Shown one piece after another: positions 20,721-31,548 of a stretch of DNA of 64,000 bases. Under the pieces are notes generated by a model. That model searched no databases. It was not told the origin of the DNA and saw only the letters and a program-made list of their open reading frames with translations. The position numbers and the translations under genes are program-made. Location of the stretch: the IMG/VR virus record IMGVR_UViG_3300045988_145100, positions 64,001-128,000 of that record; one strand, given 5' to 3'. This DNA is from a virus. Position 1 is the first letter of the stretch, and the number at the start of each line of letters is the position of its first letter.

Positions 20721-21671
20721 CTATAATGATTTAATTGTTACATTAAGAACAACATCATCTTCTTCTGGCTTCCGATATATAATATCAAATTTTGCAGATT
20801 TTCCTGTTAAAACATTTAATGTTAATGAATTGTCATTCGATTCAACAATTTTAACTTTATTAGAATTAACTATAAATCTTCCACAAACACTATTTTTAAT
20901 AGTATAGACAATATTTTCATCGTAAGGATTTATAAACTGCGGACCATCGATATAAGCTTCTTCAGGAGAGAATTTTTTCTCTTCTTGCTTGACTTTATCT
21001 TCTTCAATTGGGTTATCCGCATATTCATTCAAATACACTTCAATAATATTGTTATTAGAATATTTATCAGTTGCCGCGACTTGCCATCTATGCCATTCTT
21101 CTTGTTTTTCACCATTCTCATCTATATAAGAGAAACTTACCTTAACTACATTAAATCGTGAAAAATAATCTAAAGTCTTCTTATTTTTTGTTATATGCAT
21201 TAACATAGAGTAATTCAAATTATTAAAATATATTCCATGTTTTTGACTCCAAGATATATCTGTTTCTATTGGACCACGAAGATAAACCCAATAATGCTCT
21301 CCATCAATATCAACTTGATAATCACATCTTGTAATATCTCCTCTAAAATAAGCTTCTTCAGTATGTTGCTGTAAATTTACAATCCAATATTTCTCTGTTC
21401 TATCCCAATAGAACACAGTTCCTTCAGTTATACCTTTGTCAAAATCAACAGAAATAACCTTTTTATCAAACTCTTCTGTTAATCTACTAGGATTTATAAG
21501 GCAATGAACTTTTTGTTCATTTTCTTTTCCTTTATTTACTGTTATCCACTCTGACTGATAGGAGTTATTAAGTGCGGCATGAAAAGAATTCAATTTTCCT
21601 TTTACATTACGACCATTAAGAAAACCACCGCGACTATCAAGTCTTTGTTTCATATTGTCTAAGCCAGACAT
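20721..21671 (-). CDS. Hypothetical structural protein (connector region)
   Basis: 316-aa ORF. Confidence 0.35.
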   Translation of the reverse strand: MSGLDNMKQRLDSRGGFLNGRNVKGKLNSFHAALNNSYQSEWITVNKGKENEQKVHCLINPSRLTEEFDKKVISVDFDKGITEGTVFYWDRTEKYWIVNLQQHTEEAYFRGDITRCDYQVDIDGEHYWVYLRGPIETDISWSQKHGIYFNNLNYSMLMHITKNKKTLDYFSRFNVVKVSFSYIDENGEKQEEWHRWQVAATDKYSNNNIIEVYLNEYADNPIEEDKVKQEEKKFSPEEAYIDGPQFINPYDENIVYTIKNSVCGRFIVNSNKVKIVESNDNSLTLNVLTGKSAKFDIIYRKPEEDDVVLNVTIKSL

Positions 21672-21970
21672 TGTTTTATTTTATTTATTAGTCCTAAGCA
21701 TTCAAAAATAGTTGCTCTAAATACTAAAAAATCATTATCTTCAGTTAAGACTAATAATCCTTCTAACTTACATAATAAATGTAATAAATCTGTTTGGTCG
21801 TATAACAGACTTGACATTCCGCCAATTTCTACAATTAAATTTTTTAAAGGAGTTTTCCAATCATCTCCTTCTTCTCTTGAAGGAAGTAGCTTAAAAATAC
21901 GATTTGTAATTCTATCCAGATTCTTTTCAACTGCTTTAATACTAATATCAATGTCGTATTTCATAACCAT
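21659..21970 (-). CDS. Hypothetical small structural protein
   Basis: 103-aa ORF overlapping its neighbours by 13 and 23 nt, consistent with translational coupling. Confidence 0.35.
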   Translation of the reverse strand: MVMKYDIDISIKAVEKNLDRITNRIFKLLPSREEGDDWKTPLKNLIVEIGGMSSLLYDQTDLLHLLCKLEGLLVLTEDNDFLVFRATIFECLGLINKIKQCLA

Positions 21971-22550
21971 TAAAAAACACTCCTTTCATTCGTTCTTCTT
22001 CCGGAGAAGAGAAAGGCATCATTAATGTAGGAATAGTAGTTTTTATAGAACCATCTTTATCAACAATTCTTCTTTTATATAACTTTTGAAGATGATTAGA
22101 CTCCTGTTCATATTTTTCAAGTAAATTTTTAATTTTTGCCATATGATTTGCTTGTGATGTAAATTTAAAATCACTTCCGCTATATTTCATAACAGTATTA
22201 TCTGTTGTTGATAACTGCTGTCCTAACCATTCTATAACCATATCTAATGCAATAATATTAATCTCTTCAAGAGTTAAGTCATTATGAAAAGTGCCTCCGA
22301 CCCATCCAGCCGCAGGCACTTCAATATTATTACTTTCTACTCCTTTATATGTACCTAAACTATCATAATATCCTTCTTCATAATCAAAAATATTAAAGCG
22401 CGGAAACTCAAATCTTGGAATTGATACTGTCAATAAATCTTGTAAATGACTATAAGTATCTAATTCAGTCCATTCCATGTACATATCAGAAGTTACTCTT
22501 GTTAAAAAATTATCATATATGGTAGAGAATGAGGTGTATATTTTGCTCAT
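21948..22550 (-). CDS. Hypothetical structural protein (head completion/adaptor position)
   Basis: 200-aa ORF. Confidence 0.35.
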   Translation of the reverse strand: MSKIYTSFSTIYDNFLTRVTSDMYMEWTELDTYSHLQDLLTVSIPRFEFPRFNIFDYEEGYYDSLGTYKGVESNNIEVPAAGWVGGTFHNDLTLEEINIIALDMVIEWLGQQLSTTDNTVMKYSGSDFKFTSQANHMAKIKNLLEKYEQESNHLQKLYKRRIVDKDGSIKTTIPTLMMPFSSPEEERMKGVFFNGYEIRH

Positions 22551-22578
22551 TGTAAATAAAGCACCTCTCTTTCCTATA

Positions 22579-23172
22579 TTATTTTCCCATTGATGTTACA
22601 ACATACTTAGGTGTTGTTTTTCTCACTGGCGCAGCACTCTTCTTTTCCTCTCCTAATGGAGTTGTTTTTCTTTTTGGAGCTGCAGCTTTTTCTTCTTCAC
22701 TATCATCATCATTCATCATATGATTAATCATAATAGCGTTATCTATATTTAATCCTGTTTTTTCAGAAATCATCTTTCTCTTTCTTGTATCTGGAATTTC
22801 TAACTCAACTGCTAATTTTTGAGCTAAATCAATTCCGCCTGCAGGACTGAAGTTTAAGAAATCTTCAAGTCTATCTAGGCTATCATTATCTACAGATAAA
22901 AGAATATTCTTAATATCTTCTTCTGTATATTTATATTCTGGCTCAACATGCATATTTAATGCATTTAAAGCTTCATCATCTTCAACAATTAAAAGATTCT
23001 CAAGGATATATTCTCCGCCAGGAACATATTGTAAACTCTGTAATTCCGCAAAAGGAATATTTTTTGTTTCTCCTGGTACATTCCAAAGTCTAGTAATGTT
23101 TCTATCTGGAATAGAATATCCTGTAGAACCATTGTTTCTATTTCTAACTGAAATTAACTTATTTCCATCCAT
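22579..23172 (-). CDS. Hypothetical structural protein downstream of the capsid gene
   Basis: 197-aa ORF with a basic Lys/Pro-rich C-terminus (AAPKRKTTP...AAPVRKTTPKY). Confidence 0.35.
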   Translation of the reverse strand: MDGNKLISVRNRNNGSTGYSIPDRNITRLWNVPGETKNIPFAELQSLQYVPGGEYILENLLIVEDDEALNALNMHVEPEYKYTEEDIKNILLSVDNDSLDRLEDFLNFSPAGGIDLAQKLAVELEIPDTRKRKMISEKTGLNIDNAIMINHMMNDDDSEEEKAAAPKRKTTPLGEEKKSAAPVRKTTPKYVVTSMGK

Positions 23173-23244
23173 TATCTTTTTTCTCCTTTTATCTCTAAAA
23201 AAAATGGGGAGATAAAATTAATTATCTCCCCTATTAAATTTTAC

Positions 23245-24279
23245 TTAGGCTGCTGTTCTCTTAAGAGTTGTGTTCTGATATACACAAATTGCATTAGAGA
23301 ATATAGCTCTTACACCGACCTTCTTATAGATATGAATTTCTTCTGAGTTATCATATCCTGTGAAGCTCTTAGCAATTGTACCACCTTCAAATGCAATCTT
23401 AACTGGCTTTTCAGCACCAGTAGGAATAATGAATGCATATGATGGGTCAATAACCTTTGTTGTATTTGTTTCATCTTCAAAAGATTGTGGTAATACAATT
23501 ACTGTATGTCCTTTATAGTTACCAAGGTAACCATTATTCCACTTCTGATTTCTCATTTCATCTGAAATCCAACCTTCTGAAGGAATCATTGTTGCCGCAA
23601 ATTCAAAAGTACAATAAATTGTTGACTTTCCATAAGAATCAGCAATAGAAAGTAATCTATCCATCTGTGATTCATTGAATTTACTATCTGAATGCTTATT
23701 TGCTGCCTGAACATTCTTAGCAGCTCCAATTAACTGCTTCTCAATCTCAACATAGATGCACTCATCAAGACCTTCAAGAACGATATCAAGGACATCTGCC
23801 ATATTTACACGACCATCAAGGAATTCTTCAAAGCCGATTCTAGCAGCGCCACCAATAGCGTTAGTTGTTACTTCGTAAGCACGACCATCAAGTCTGAATG
23901 CCTCGTACATACCATTTAAGCCAACCTTACCAATGAACTGCTTTGCTCTTCTACGAGAAGCTGTTGTAATTCTCTGTAAGAAAATAGGCTTATCTCCTTG
24001 CGCGAATGTCTTAATTTCAGCAAACTGAGAATATTGCTGCATAACTCTCTCTGGTAAAACATCATCGAAAGTTTCTTCTAATAATCTGAATATTGTATTC
24101 TGATTTTCTATATAAGTTCTGTAATCTGGAGCTAAAGCCTGAAACTCTGAACGAAGTGTTTCATGCATATCTTCATAACCAAACTTTTTATCTCCGAAGC
24201 TATAAGCAACAGGAGAAGCTGGATTAGCTTTAGCAACTGTCTTACATAATGCTAACATATCACTATACTGTAATGCCAT
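23245..24279 (-). CDS. Putative major capsid protein
   Basis: 344-aa ORF following the portal and protease/scaffold genes, with a terminator-like hairpin after it. Size and position fit an HK97-fold capsid protein. Confidence 0.5.
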   Translation of the reverse strand: MALQYSDMLALCKTVAKANPASPVAYSFGDKKFGYEDMHETLRSEFQALAPDYRTYIENQNTIFRLLEETFDDVLPERVMQQYSQFAEIKTFAQGDKPIFLQRITTASRRRAKQFIGKVGLNGMYEAFRLDGRAYEVTTNAIGGAARIGFEEFLDGRVNMADVLDIVLEGLDECIYVEIEKQLIGAAKNVQAANKHSDSKFNESQMDRLLSIADSYGKSTIYCTFEFAATMIPSEGWISDEMRNQKWNNGYLGNYKGHTVIVLPQSFEDETNTTKVIDPSYAFIIPTGAEKPVKIAFEGGTIAKSFTGYDNSEEIHIYKKVGVRAIFSNAICVYQNTTLKRTAA

Positions 24280-24297
24280 TATTATCTTTTCCTCCTA

Positions 24298-25005
24298 TTA
24301 CTGTACTCTTTGTAACTTTAATCCAGGCTGTCCGTCTGGCATTGTGTAAACCTTAACAACTGCCCAAGCCATACCCTTAGTAGGTACTGCAGTCTCACCA
24401 TCAGCGTTCTTTGTAAGAACTAAAGTTTTCTGTGTTGTTGTTCCACCATTAGTTAAATCATTAACTGTTGTTTCTGTTACTGTTGGAACTAAAATATTAC
24501 CAACTGCATAATCTACACCTGTAGCTACCATGTTTGTTGTATAAATATCTCCAATATTAGTCTTTACAACTCTTGGAGCTATACCATTCATTCTATAACC
24601 ATACTCTGTATGAGCTGGGTCGATTGTTGCGCTTACAGTTTTTGAACCGCCACCATAAGGATTAGCTGCCCCACCTGTTGCTGGGTCAATAACTACAGAA
24701 GTAATTCTACCGATTGCCGCAGGATTAGTAACATAGTTCTCTCCTACTCTCATCATAGCAAAATCTTTATTTGCAAGGTAATCTTCATAAACCTTAATTT
24801 CATTTAATACTAACATAGGTTCTACGCCCTCAACTTTAGGCTCTGCTGTTACCTTTCCACTTGCGTAATCATAGTACATGAATTCACCATTCTGAAGTAA
24901 CTGTACCGATGTATCAAGAGGTAAACTAGCAAACATCTGACCTGTATGGTAGTAAGACATCTGGTTTTCTTCAACCTGACCAAAACCAATTCTAGTAAAT
25001 GCCAT
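24298..25005 (-). CDS. Putative head decoration / auxiliary capsid protein
   Basis: 235-aa Gly/Thr/Val-rich beta-type protein between the scaffold and capsid genes. Confidence 0.3.
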   Translation of the reverse strand: MAFTRIGFGQVEENQMSYYHTGQMFASLPLDTSVQLLQNGEFMYYDYASGKVTAEPKVEGVEPMLVLNEIKVYEDYLANKDFAMMRVGENYVTNPAAIGRITSVVIDPATGGAANPYGGGSKTVSATIDPAHTEYGYRMNGIAPRVVKTNIGDIYTTNMVATGVDYAVGNILVPTVTETTVNDLTNGGTTTQKTLVLTKNADGETAVPTKGMAWAVVKVYTMPDGQPGLKLQRVQ

Positions 25006-25027
25006 TTTTATGTTCCTCCTATTTTAA

Positions 25028-26377
25028 TTAATGCTTTTTAGCTGTAGACTCTACCGCTTTTAACCAAGCTGGTAAATCACTATCTGATTCTAAAGAATCT
25101 AAATTAAATGTTGTTGAAACATCTTTAGAATCTTCTTTGTCATCATCTAAATTGAAATTAACTTTCTTTCTTACACAGATAACTGAAAGTTCCTTTTCAA
25201 TATCATCTAAACTATAATTAGATTTGTTTTCAATGACATCTTTCTTATCTTCATCGCTAAGCATATAAAAAGACTGAATTAATTCATCTTTTTGCTTATC
25301 TTCGATGCTTTTCTTGAAAGCTACGAGTTCATTATAAGACTCTTCTAATGAAGTATATTTAGCCTGAAGGGCATCAAACTCTGACTGAAGTAATTCAAAA
25401 TTTTCATTTTTCTTTTTATCTTCATCTTCGTTCTTATCTTCACTGTCTTTTTCGTCTTTATTATCAGAAGATTTTTCTTCCTTATTGTCCTTAGATTCAT
25501 CTTCTTTATTGTCAGAAGGTTTCTCTTCTTCATCCTGTTTCTTGAACTCTTCTATTGTATTTTCATTTTTCTTTTGAACAGTTTCATCAGTTTTGTCCTG
25601 TTCTTTTGAAAAATTTTCAACAGAAGTTTCATCAAGCTTAGTCTCTTCGACCATACTCATTGAACTTTGTCCTCCTTCTTTTTGAGTAGTTAATAATTCT
25701 TTTAATTGCTCCATCATAGTAAATAAAGTAGTAACTTTATCTTCTTTACTAAAATTAGCACTTATGTCTGGTTCAGATATATCTGCGCCTTCAAAGCAAG
25801 GCTCAATATCATTTCCTAAAATACATAAGTTCTGAATTATTGCGTCATTTATTATGAAAAATTCAACATTAGAATTTTCCGTTTTTGCCCAATTTCCTTT
25901 TAAACTGTCTTTTTCTAATTTCATAGATTGCGGATTATTATTGTCTAAAGCTTGTTCACATTCTGGATAAGAGCCAGTCCATAAAAAAGCTGTAGTCATT
26001 AAGTATTCTCTTTCCGTTTCTACTCCATTTTCATCAGTATCAATAAATTTCTGAAACCAAATTTTTGCATTTGGAGCTACAAAACCATAAGGTCTTGTTG
26101 CATCACTAAATTTTATCCCATCTCCATCAATAGTAAGAATATCGCCATGGTCAAAAAAATCTTCTTTATCTGCTCTATAATATCCAACAATAGGACAGCC
26201 TGGAAGTGTTTCTGCCATATTTCTAGCAACTTCTTTTGTGATTAAAGATTTATTGCGGTTTTCACCTACATATAAAACCTTTACTTCACATTCGGAGATA
26301 AGAGGATTAATTGAAGTGACATTTATAAATTCTGGCTTATCAATAGTAGCAACACTACGATTAAAAGCTCTTTTCAT
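25028..26377 (-). CDS. Putative prohead protease and/or scaffolding protein
   Basis: 449 aa. Globular N-terminal half, then a very acidic Lys/Glu/Asp-rich low-complexity coiled-coil C-terminal half (...KDNKEDESKDNKEEKSSDNKDEKDSEDKNEDEDKKK...) typical of scaffolds; located right after the portal gene. Confidence 0.45.
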   Translation of the reverse strand: MKRAFNRSVATIDKPEFINVTSINPLISECEVKVLYVGENRNKSLITKEVARNMAETLPGCPIVGYYRADKEDFFDHGDILTIDGDGIKFSDATRPYGFVAPNAKIWFQKFIDTDENGVETEREYLMTTAFLWTGSYPECEQALDNNNPQSMKLEKDSLKGNWAKTENSNVEFFIINDAIIQNLCILGNDIEPCFEGADISEPDISANFSKEDKVTTLFTMMEQLKELLTTQKEGGQSSMSMVEETKLDETSVENFSKEQDKTDETVQKKNENTIEEFKKQDEEEKPSDNKEDESKDNKEEKSSDNKDEKDSEDKNEDEDKKKNENFELLQSEFDALQAKYTSLEESYNELVAFKKSIEDKQKDELIQSFYMLSDEDKKDVIENKSNYSLDDIEKELSVICVRKKVNFNLDDDKEDSKDVSTTFNLDSLESDSDLPAWLKAVESTAKKH

Positions 26378-26389
26378 TATTTAATCCTC

Positions 26390-27994
26390 CTAGCTCATAC
26401 TTTCTTTATTCTGTAAAGTTTTAGTTGATTTTTGGTCATCTTCTTTTTCAGGTCTTCCCGCTTCTTTTTCATCTCCATTTGCAATTTTCTTAGATGTTCT
26501 ATCTAACATATCTGCGTTCATTACGCTACTTTGCATAGGTGGGATGAATAAGCTAACTAAATCAAGAACTTCATTCTCAAAATAAGCAGTAGCTAAAATA
26601 CTACTTTGAGTTTGACCTAAAGCTATCTGCGGCAACATCTTAGAATAACCTAATTGAGTTTGCTCTTTATACGCTTTTGAAAGTTCTTTATAATTATAAA
26701 TAGTTGTAGTTAATAACTGTACTTTATACTGAACTTTCTTAGGGCTTTTATTATATGGCTCTAACAGCTCATTTAAAAAATCTTCAAATTGTAAAAGCAT
26801 ATTATACATTGTAGCTTCATCATTTAAAATAGATTTCTCTAATGCAATATTACCATCTGTATTAAACTGCATTTGAGACACACCTGCTTCATTATATAAT
26901 TGACGCTCAACTCTTTGTAAATCATCTGTTTGCGCAGAAGCATTACTATCAGTCATATCTTCTACACTAACATCCGCGAGTGTTGTTAAAACTTCTAATC
27001 CTAAAGCGTTCTTTAACATCGTAACCGCATTATTATGAAAGGCTCTCATTTCATCAATGTCAAAAATCATTTCCCCATTCTTATCTAAAGGCATTTTTTG
27101 AACAACAAGTTTTAATAATCTTTGTAAAGTTTTCTTTCTATCAAGACCTTGCGCTTCATCTAAGTCTAGTATTAGAGGAATTACAGAAATAAAAGCAGGA
27201 TATTCTTCTCCATTTGCAGTAAATCTAACTGTTTGCTTTGGGTCTAATAAATACCAACCATTTGTGTCACCCGAAAATTGAGGTGGCAGTAAACCTTTTT
27301 TATATTTTACATATCCTTTAGAAAACTCTTTAGGAAATATGTTTAATACCTGTAATCTTTGCTGGATATCTCTAAAATTATCATCAAAAAATTTCATATT
27401 AAATTCAACTGCGGGTTTGCCATTAGCTGAGAATCTACTTCTACAATAATTTGGCGGTAATTCTTGTAATACCGCTCCGCCGTTTTGTTCAACTTTATAT
27501 CCATAATAACATCCATGCCTTAATACTTTTAATGCTATTTCACCTAATGTTTTCTTAACTTTAAAATTATCTAAAGTTGACATTGAATTATAAAAACCTT
27601 TTAAAAGTTTCTCTTTATTCATATTTGAGTCATTAACATAAGGCGTGATAAAATAATCATATCTATACATAAATGCCATATATCGTAATATTCTGGAATA
27701 AATTCCGCTTGTCCGATAAAAGAAATCAGAAATTTCTCTCATTTGTTTTAAATCATATCTATCTATTGCTTGTAAAATAGTATTTTTATCAGCTAATCTT
27801 GGATTTGCTTTCTTTAAATCACTAAGCGTTAAAGTTGCATCATCCAGTTTCTTTTGACCTACTTTTACACTACTAAAATAGATATCTGATTTATCTTCAG
27901 AAAACATATCTTTGTAAAAGGTTGTTGGAGCTGAAGGTTCTTTATTAAACATATCGAAACCTTTTTCTTTAATCTCCTTGGTTTTTTCAGTCAC
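26390..27994 (-). CDS. Putative portal protein
   Basis: 534-aa ORF immediately downstream of the large terminase gene (separated by an inserted endonuclease gene); size and order fit a portal. Confidence 0.55.
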   Translation of the reverse strand: MTEKTKEIKEKGFDMFNKEPSAPTTFYKDMFSEDKSDIYFSSVKVGQKKLDDATLTLSDLKKANPRLADKNTILQAIDRYDLKQMREISDFFYRTSGIYSRILRYMAFMYRYDYFITPYVNDSNMNKEKLLKGFYNSMSTLDNFKVKKTLGEIALKVLRHGCYYGYKVEQNGGAVLQELPPNYCRSRFSANGKPAVEFNMKFFDDNFRDIQQRLQVLNIFPKEFSKGYVKYKKGLLPPQFSGDTNGWYLLDPKQTVRFTANGEEYPAFISVIPLILDLDEAQGLDRKKTLQRLLKLVVQKMPLDKNGEMIFDIDEMRAFHNNAVTMLKNALGLEVLTTLADVSVEDMTDSNASAQTDDLQRVERQLYNEAGVSQMQFNTDGNIALEKSILNDEATMYNMLLQFEDFLNELLEPYNKSPKKVQYKVQLLTTTIYNYKELSKAYKEQTQLGYSKMLPQIALGQTQSSILATAYFENEVLDLVSLFIPPMQSSVMNADMLDRTSKKIANGDEKEAGRPEKEDDQKSTKTLQNKESMS

Positions 27995-28045
27995 TAATCT
28001 TTCGCCCCCTTTACTTTCTTATTATATCAAATTTTTCGTTAAAAG

Positions 28046-28417
28046 TCAATAACCTGCGGCTTTTAATAAATAATCATAATCTACTAATCCCTCTTCCCAA
28101 TAAGGAATAATAACTAAAGTATAATTATGTTGCTGACAATAAATTCTTTTCATCTTATCATTATATTGCTGGCGATATAACCCTTTAGTACCTCCAAATT
28201 TCGACTTGGCCTCGTAGTGTTGAATACCTTGATACTCGATTAAGAAATCTATATCTCCATTGTCATCAAATACACAGAAGTCAAAACGTAATGGTCTTCC
28301 ACTTGAACTTACTAAATCTGGAAAGCTATATTCTTCCTGAAAAGGTAAATTTGCCATTGTTAAAATTTCTTCAATTTTTATTTCTCCGCGAGAACTTCTC
28401 AAATTACTCACCTCCAC
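28046..28417 (-). CDS. PD-(D/E)xK-type (DUF559/Vsr-like) endonuclease, free-standing insertion between terminase and portal genes
   Basis: 123 aa; motif ...PLRFDFCVFDDNGDIDFLIEYQGIQHY... matches the D...(D/E)xK / very-short-patch-repair-like fold. Placement between conserved packaging genes is typical of homing-type endonuclease morons. Confidence 0.5.
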   Translation of the reverse strand: MEVSNLRSSRGEIKIEEILTMANLPFQEEYSFPDLVSSSGRPLRFDFCVFDDNGDIDFLIEYQGIQHYEAKSKFGGTKGLYRQQYNDKMKRIYCQQHNYTLVIIPYWEEGLVDYDYLLKAAGY

Positions 28418-28495
28418 AATGTGTACAATGATGTAATCCTTACTATATTAATTAAAAATAAGTACGGGCAAATTATATAAATCTGCCCGCATTTT

Positions 28496-30238
28496 TTAAC
28501 TGAAAAACATCATTTTTGAAACATCTCTACTATGTCTATCTTTTTTCCTATCTTCTTGCTGCTTTATATAATATAATCCATACTCGAAAGCAGAAAACTT
28601 ATCTTTCTTAATTCCTCTATTAGCTTGCTTAAGAATAATATTTACGCCCTCATTCTCTTCCACTAGATTTAACATCTGTTCCTTCAATATCGTGGTTAAA
28701 GTGAATGGTATCAGCCTTTCCGCACGTTGTTCTGGAGTCATTTCTTGACCAACTTTTGTAGACATTAACTTTATTTTTGCATCTCTTTCATCAATTAAAA
28801 ATTTAATTTTCCCACTAGATATTTGAGTTTGACAATAGCTATGTGCTTCAGTATTAATTGGTGCATTCGCTTTAATTAAATACATTGCATCTCTAACCAT
28901 ATCATCAGTTTTAAATTTCTTATATTGGTCATACCAATCATCAAAAGTTCCGCCTTCAACTCCAAAAGGTGGATAATATTCTCCTGTTTTCGGGTCTTCT
29001 TGACCTATTATCATAAAATCCACAAGTCCAGCACCTAAACCATTAGCATCTATAACCACGGTTCTTGCACGATACTTGTAATAAAGTTTCTTTATATTTA
29101 TAGCTTGAACTCCGAAATGTTCTTCATCATAACTGTAAATATTAACAAGAGTCTTCAATGCTGTTCCTTGCACTTGCGGCGTTACCTTTATAACCATAAC
29201 CTCAGTTGTACAACCAAAACGACCTACATCGACTGATAGTATATAATATGCGTTTTTTGAACTTCTTGAACTAAATTCATATTCTGGCTGAAGTAACTGA
29301 CGATATTTATCAAATAATTCATTTGAGAAGAATGCATTTTCCGCGTCTCCTGACCAAATACTTCGATATTCTCTATCAAATGAAGCATCGTTGAATGTAC
29401 CTTGTAATTTTAACTGGTCTACAAAATCTTCACTCAACAGACCAGCTTCAACTGGAACTTCATATGTTCCACCTAATATCATTACTTCACCAGGGTCTAA
29501 AATTGAATCAATCAACATCTCAATAAGGTGTTCATATGCAAATGAATTCTTCCATCCTGCAGTTGTAATATATACTTGACTTTTATTTACTGTTTCTTTA
29601 GGGTCTCTACTACCATCCGCAAGTCGTCTATCGACATTTGTAGTTGGAATAATGATTTCATTTAAAGCAGTTCCGTCAATAAGTACACACTCTTCCATTG
29701 CTCCACCTGTACGACGCTGACCTCTGGATGATTCCCTTGCCGCAAGAATATCAATAGTAGAACCGTTTTTAAAGATATATTTTACATTATCTTTTGATTT
29801 TTTTGAGGCTCCTCTGTCCCAATTGATTTCTTTGTTTAATGCGGGAATAAGTCGACAAATTTCTTCAATCTTTGCGATTGTAATACTTGCAGCTTGCTCT
29901 TTTCCACCTGTAGTTACAAATAATGCTGCACCTGGATAAAGAATTGCACGCAACATTAAAGCCATCATAGTTAAAAATGATTTACTGTAAGCACGAGGAA
30001 ATACTGCATAGACTCGACGATGCCGCATAACTGACCTTAAAAAGACTCTCTGATAAAAATAAAATTGGAAATTACAATCTGGTCCTTTAATATCATCAAC
30101 AAAAATATCTGGATATTCACGATAAAAAGCAATAGCTTTTCTTAATTCAGGAAGACATTCTCTTAGTCTTTCTTCTGAACAGCCTACCTTTTTATTATCT
30201 CTTTCCGCGGAAAGGTCTAATATACTTTGTAAACTCAT
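28496..30238 (-). CDS. terL: Terminase large subunit
   Basis: 580 aa. N-terminal ATPase-like segment (FYFYQRVFLRS...VFPRAYSKSFLTMM, Walker-A-like), C-terminal acidic nuclease-like segment (VVIDANGLGAGLVDF); sits upstream of the portal gene. Confidence 0.65.
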   Translation of the reverse strand: MSLQSILDLSAERDNKKVGCSEERLRECLPELRKAIAFYREYPDIFVDDIKGPDCNFQFYFYQRVFLRSVMRHRRVYAVFPRAYSKSFLTMMALMLRAILYPGAALFVTTGGKEQAASITIAKIEEICRLIPALNKEINWDRGASKKSKDNVKYIFKNGSTIDILAARESSRGQRRTGGAMEECVLIDGTALNEIIIPTTNVDRRLADGSRDPKETVNKSQVYITTAGWKNSFAYEHLIEMLIDSILDPGEVMILGGTYEVPVEAGLLSEDFVDQLKLQGTFNDASFDREYRSIWSGDAENAFFSNELFDKYRQLLQPEYEFSSRSSKNAYYILSVDVGRFGCTTEVMVIKVTPQVQGTALKTLVNIYSYDEEHFGVQAINIKKLYYKYRARTVVIDANGLGAGLVDFMIIGQEDPKTGEYYPPFGVEGGTFDDWYDQYKKFKTDDMVRDAMYLIKANAPINTEAHSYCQTQISSGKIKFLIDERDAKIKLMSTKVGQEMTPEQRAERLIPFTLTTILKEQMLNLVEENEGVNIILKQANRGIKKDKFSAFEYGLYYIKQQEDRKKDRHSRDVSKMMFFS

Positions 30239-31530
30239 TACTCAACCTCCACACTAAAGAGGCTTCCAAAATTATCTTCATTATCATCTTCCGCAATAAT
30301 ATCTTTTTCTTTTTCTCTTTGTTGATGTTCCATATATTCTTGGATATCTTTATCTGTTAATTCAATTTGTTCTTTGCCTTCTAATTTTGCTTTTTCTTTA
30401 TTTCTCTTCTGTTCTTCAAGGATTTCACGCTTTTTAAGATACTGTTCTATCTGTTGTGCTAATCCAGAATCGCCATCAACAAGAGATTTAACATAAGATT
30501 TCTCATCCGCAATAACAACATCAACTTTATCTTGCGGAGTTTCTGTATAAAATCTTGGAATAAATCCTCCCTCTTTTTCACAGAATTCTACTATGCAACC
30601 AATAGCATCAAAATCATTACTTTTATCTTCTTTGTTCTGTGCTTCTGTAAACTTCGCAGCTTTCATCTGTGCATCATAAACTCTTGATAATTTTTGATAA
30701 GACTCAATATCTCCACTATCAAGAGCCTGATTCATTTTTAATGAAGTCTTACAGATAAAAATTAAAGTATCTATTGTCGCCGCAGAGTGTATATCAAAGG
30801 AATTTGTAAAATCATTATATTTCTTTTCCAAAGTTACCCATTCTTCTGCGGAATAAAATCTACCCCATTTTGTGGCTAAATAAATCTTATCTTCTTGTGT
30901 TAAATCATTTCCTACATCTGGTAAATCAATTTCTTCAAATGGATTATTATTTACAGGATAAACTGATGCTCGCGCAGCAGCTCGATATGCCGGATTAGCT
31001 TGTCCATTTTCATATGGGTTGGGTAAACTCTCTGACTTAGGTATAGGTTTCTCAATCTGCGTTTCCGCATAAGTTTGATATTGAGATTCACTAATTGCGC
31101 CCTCATCCGCGAGTTTCCGCATATTTTCAAGTTTCTCATCTTCTTCTTTTGCCGCTGCCGCTCTATTAGCAAGTTCATCTGCTTCCCGCACCAGCCGCTC
31201 AGTATCAGACCAATGATATTTATTCCATTGATTTAATTTCATTTTTGCGAGATAACGACCAAAAACACTATTTCCAGTCATTTTATAAGGGTCTTTCGCG
31301 TATTGTTTATCTCTAATTTTATCCCATTCCCAAGGAAGGTATGGAACATCAAATTTCTCCAATAGCCATTTGAATGTTTCTGGCTCCCAATTATTAATAT
31401 GCATAGTTAAGCATTGTTTGCATAATTCACTTTTACTACCATCTTTATAGGTAAAGAATTGTACTGCGCCCATTGTCTTACGACATTTCTCACAGTAATA
31501 CTTCCCTGGTTCTACTTCTTGTGCGCCCAT
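30238..31530 (-). CDS. Hypothetical protein with N-terminal zinc ribbon, upstream of terL
   Basis: 430 aa; CEKCRK...CKQC motif, then an acidic coiled-coil C-terminus; ATGA start/stop overlap with terL. Confidence 0.4.
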   Translation of the reverse strand: MGAQEVEPGKYYCEKCRKTMGAVQFFTYKDGSKSELCKQCLTMHINNWEPETFKWLLEKFDVPYLPWEWDKIRDKQYAKDPYKMTGNSVFGRYLAKMKLNQWNKYHWSDTERLVREADELANRAAAAKEEDEKLENMRKLADEGAISESQYQTYAETQIEKPIPKSESLPNPYENGQANPAYRAAARASVYPVNNNPFEEIDLPDVGNDLTQEDKIYLATKWGRFYSAEEWVTLEKKYNDFTNSFDIHSAATIDTLIFICKTSLKMNQALDSGDIESYQKLSRVYDAQMKAAKFTEAQNKEDKSNDFDAIGCIVEFCEKEGGFIPRFYTETPQDKVDVVIADEKSYVKSLVDGDSGLAQQIEQYLKKREILEEQKRNKEKAKLEGKEQIELTDKDIQEYMEHQQREKEKDIIAEDDNEDNFGSLFSVEVE

Positions 31531-31548
31531 TTTGTCAGCTCCTTTATA

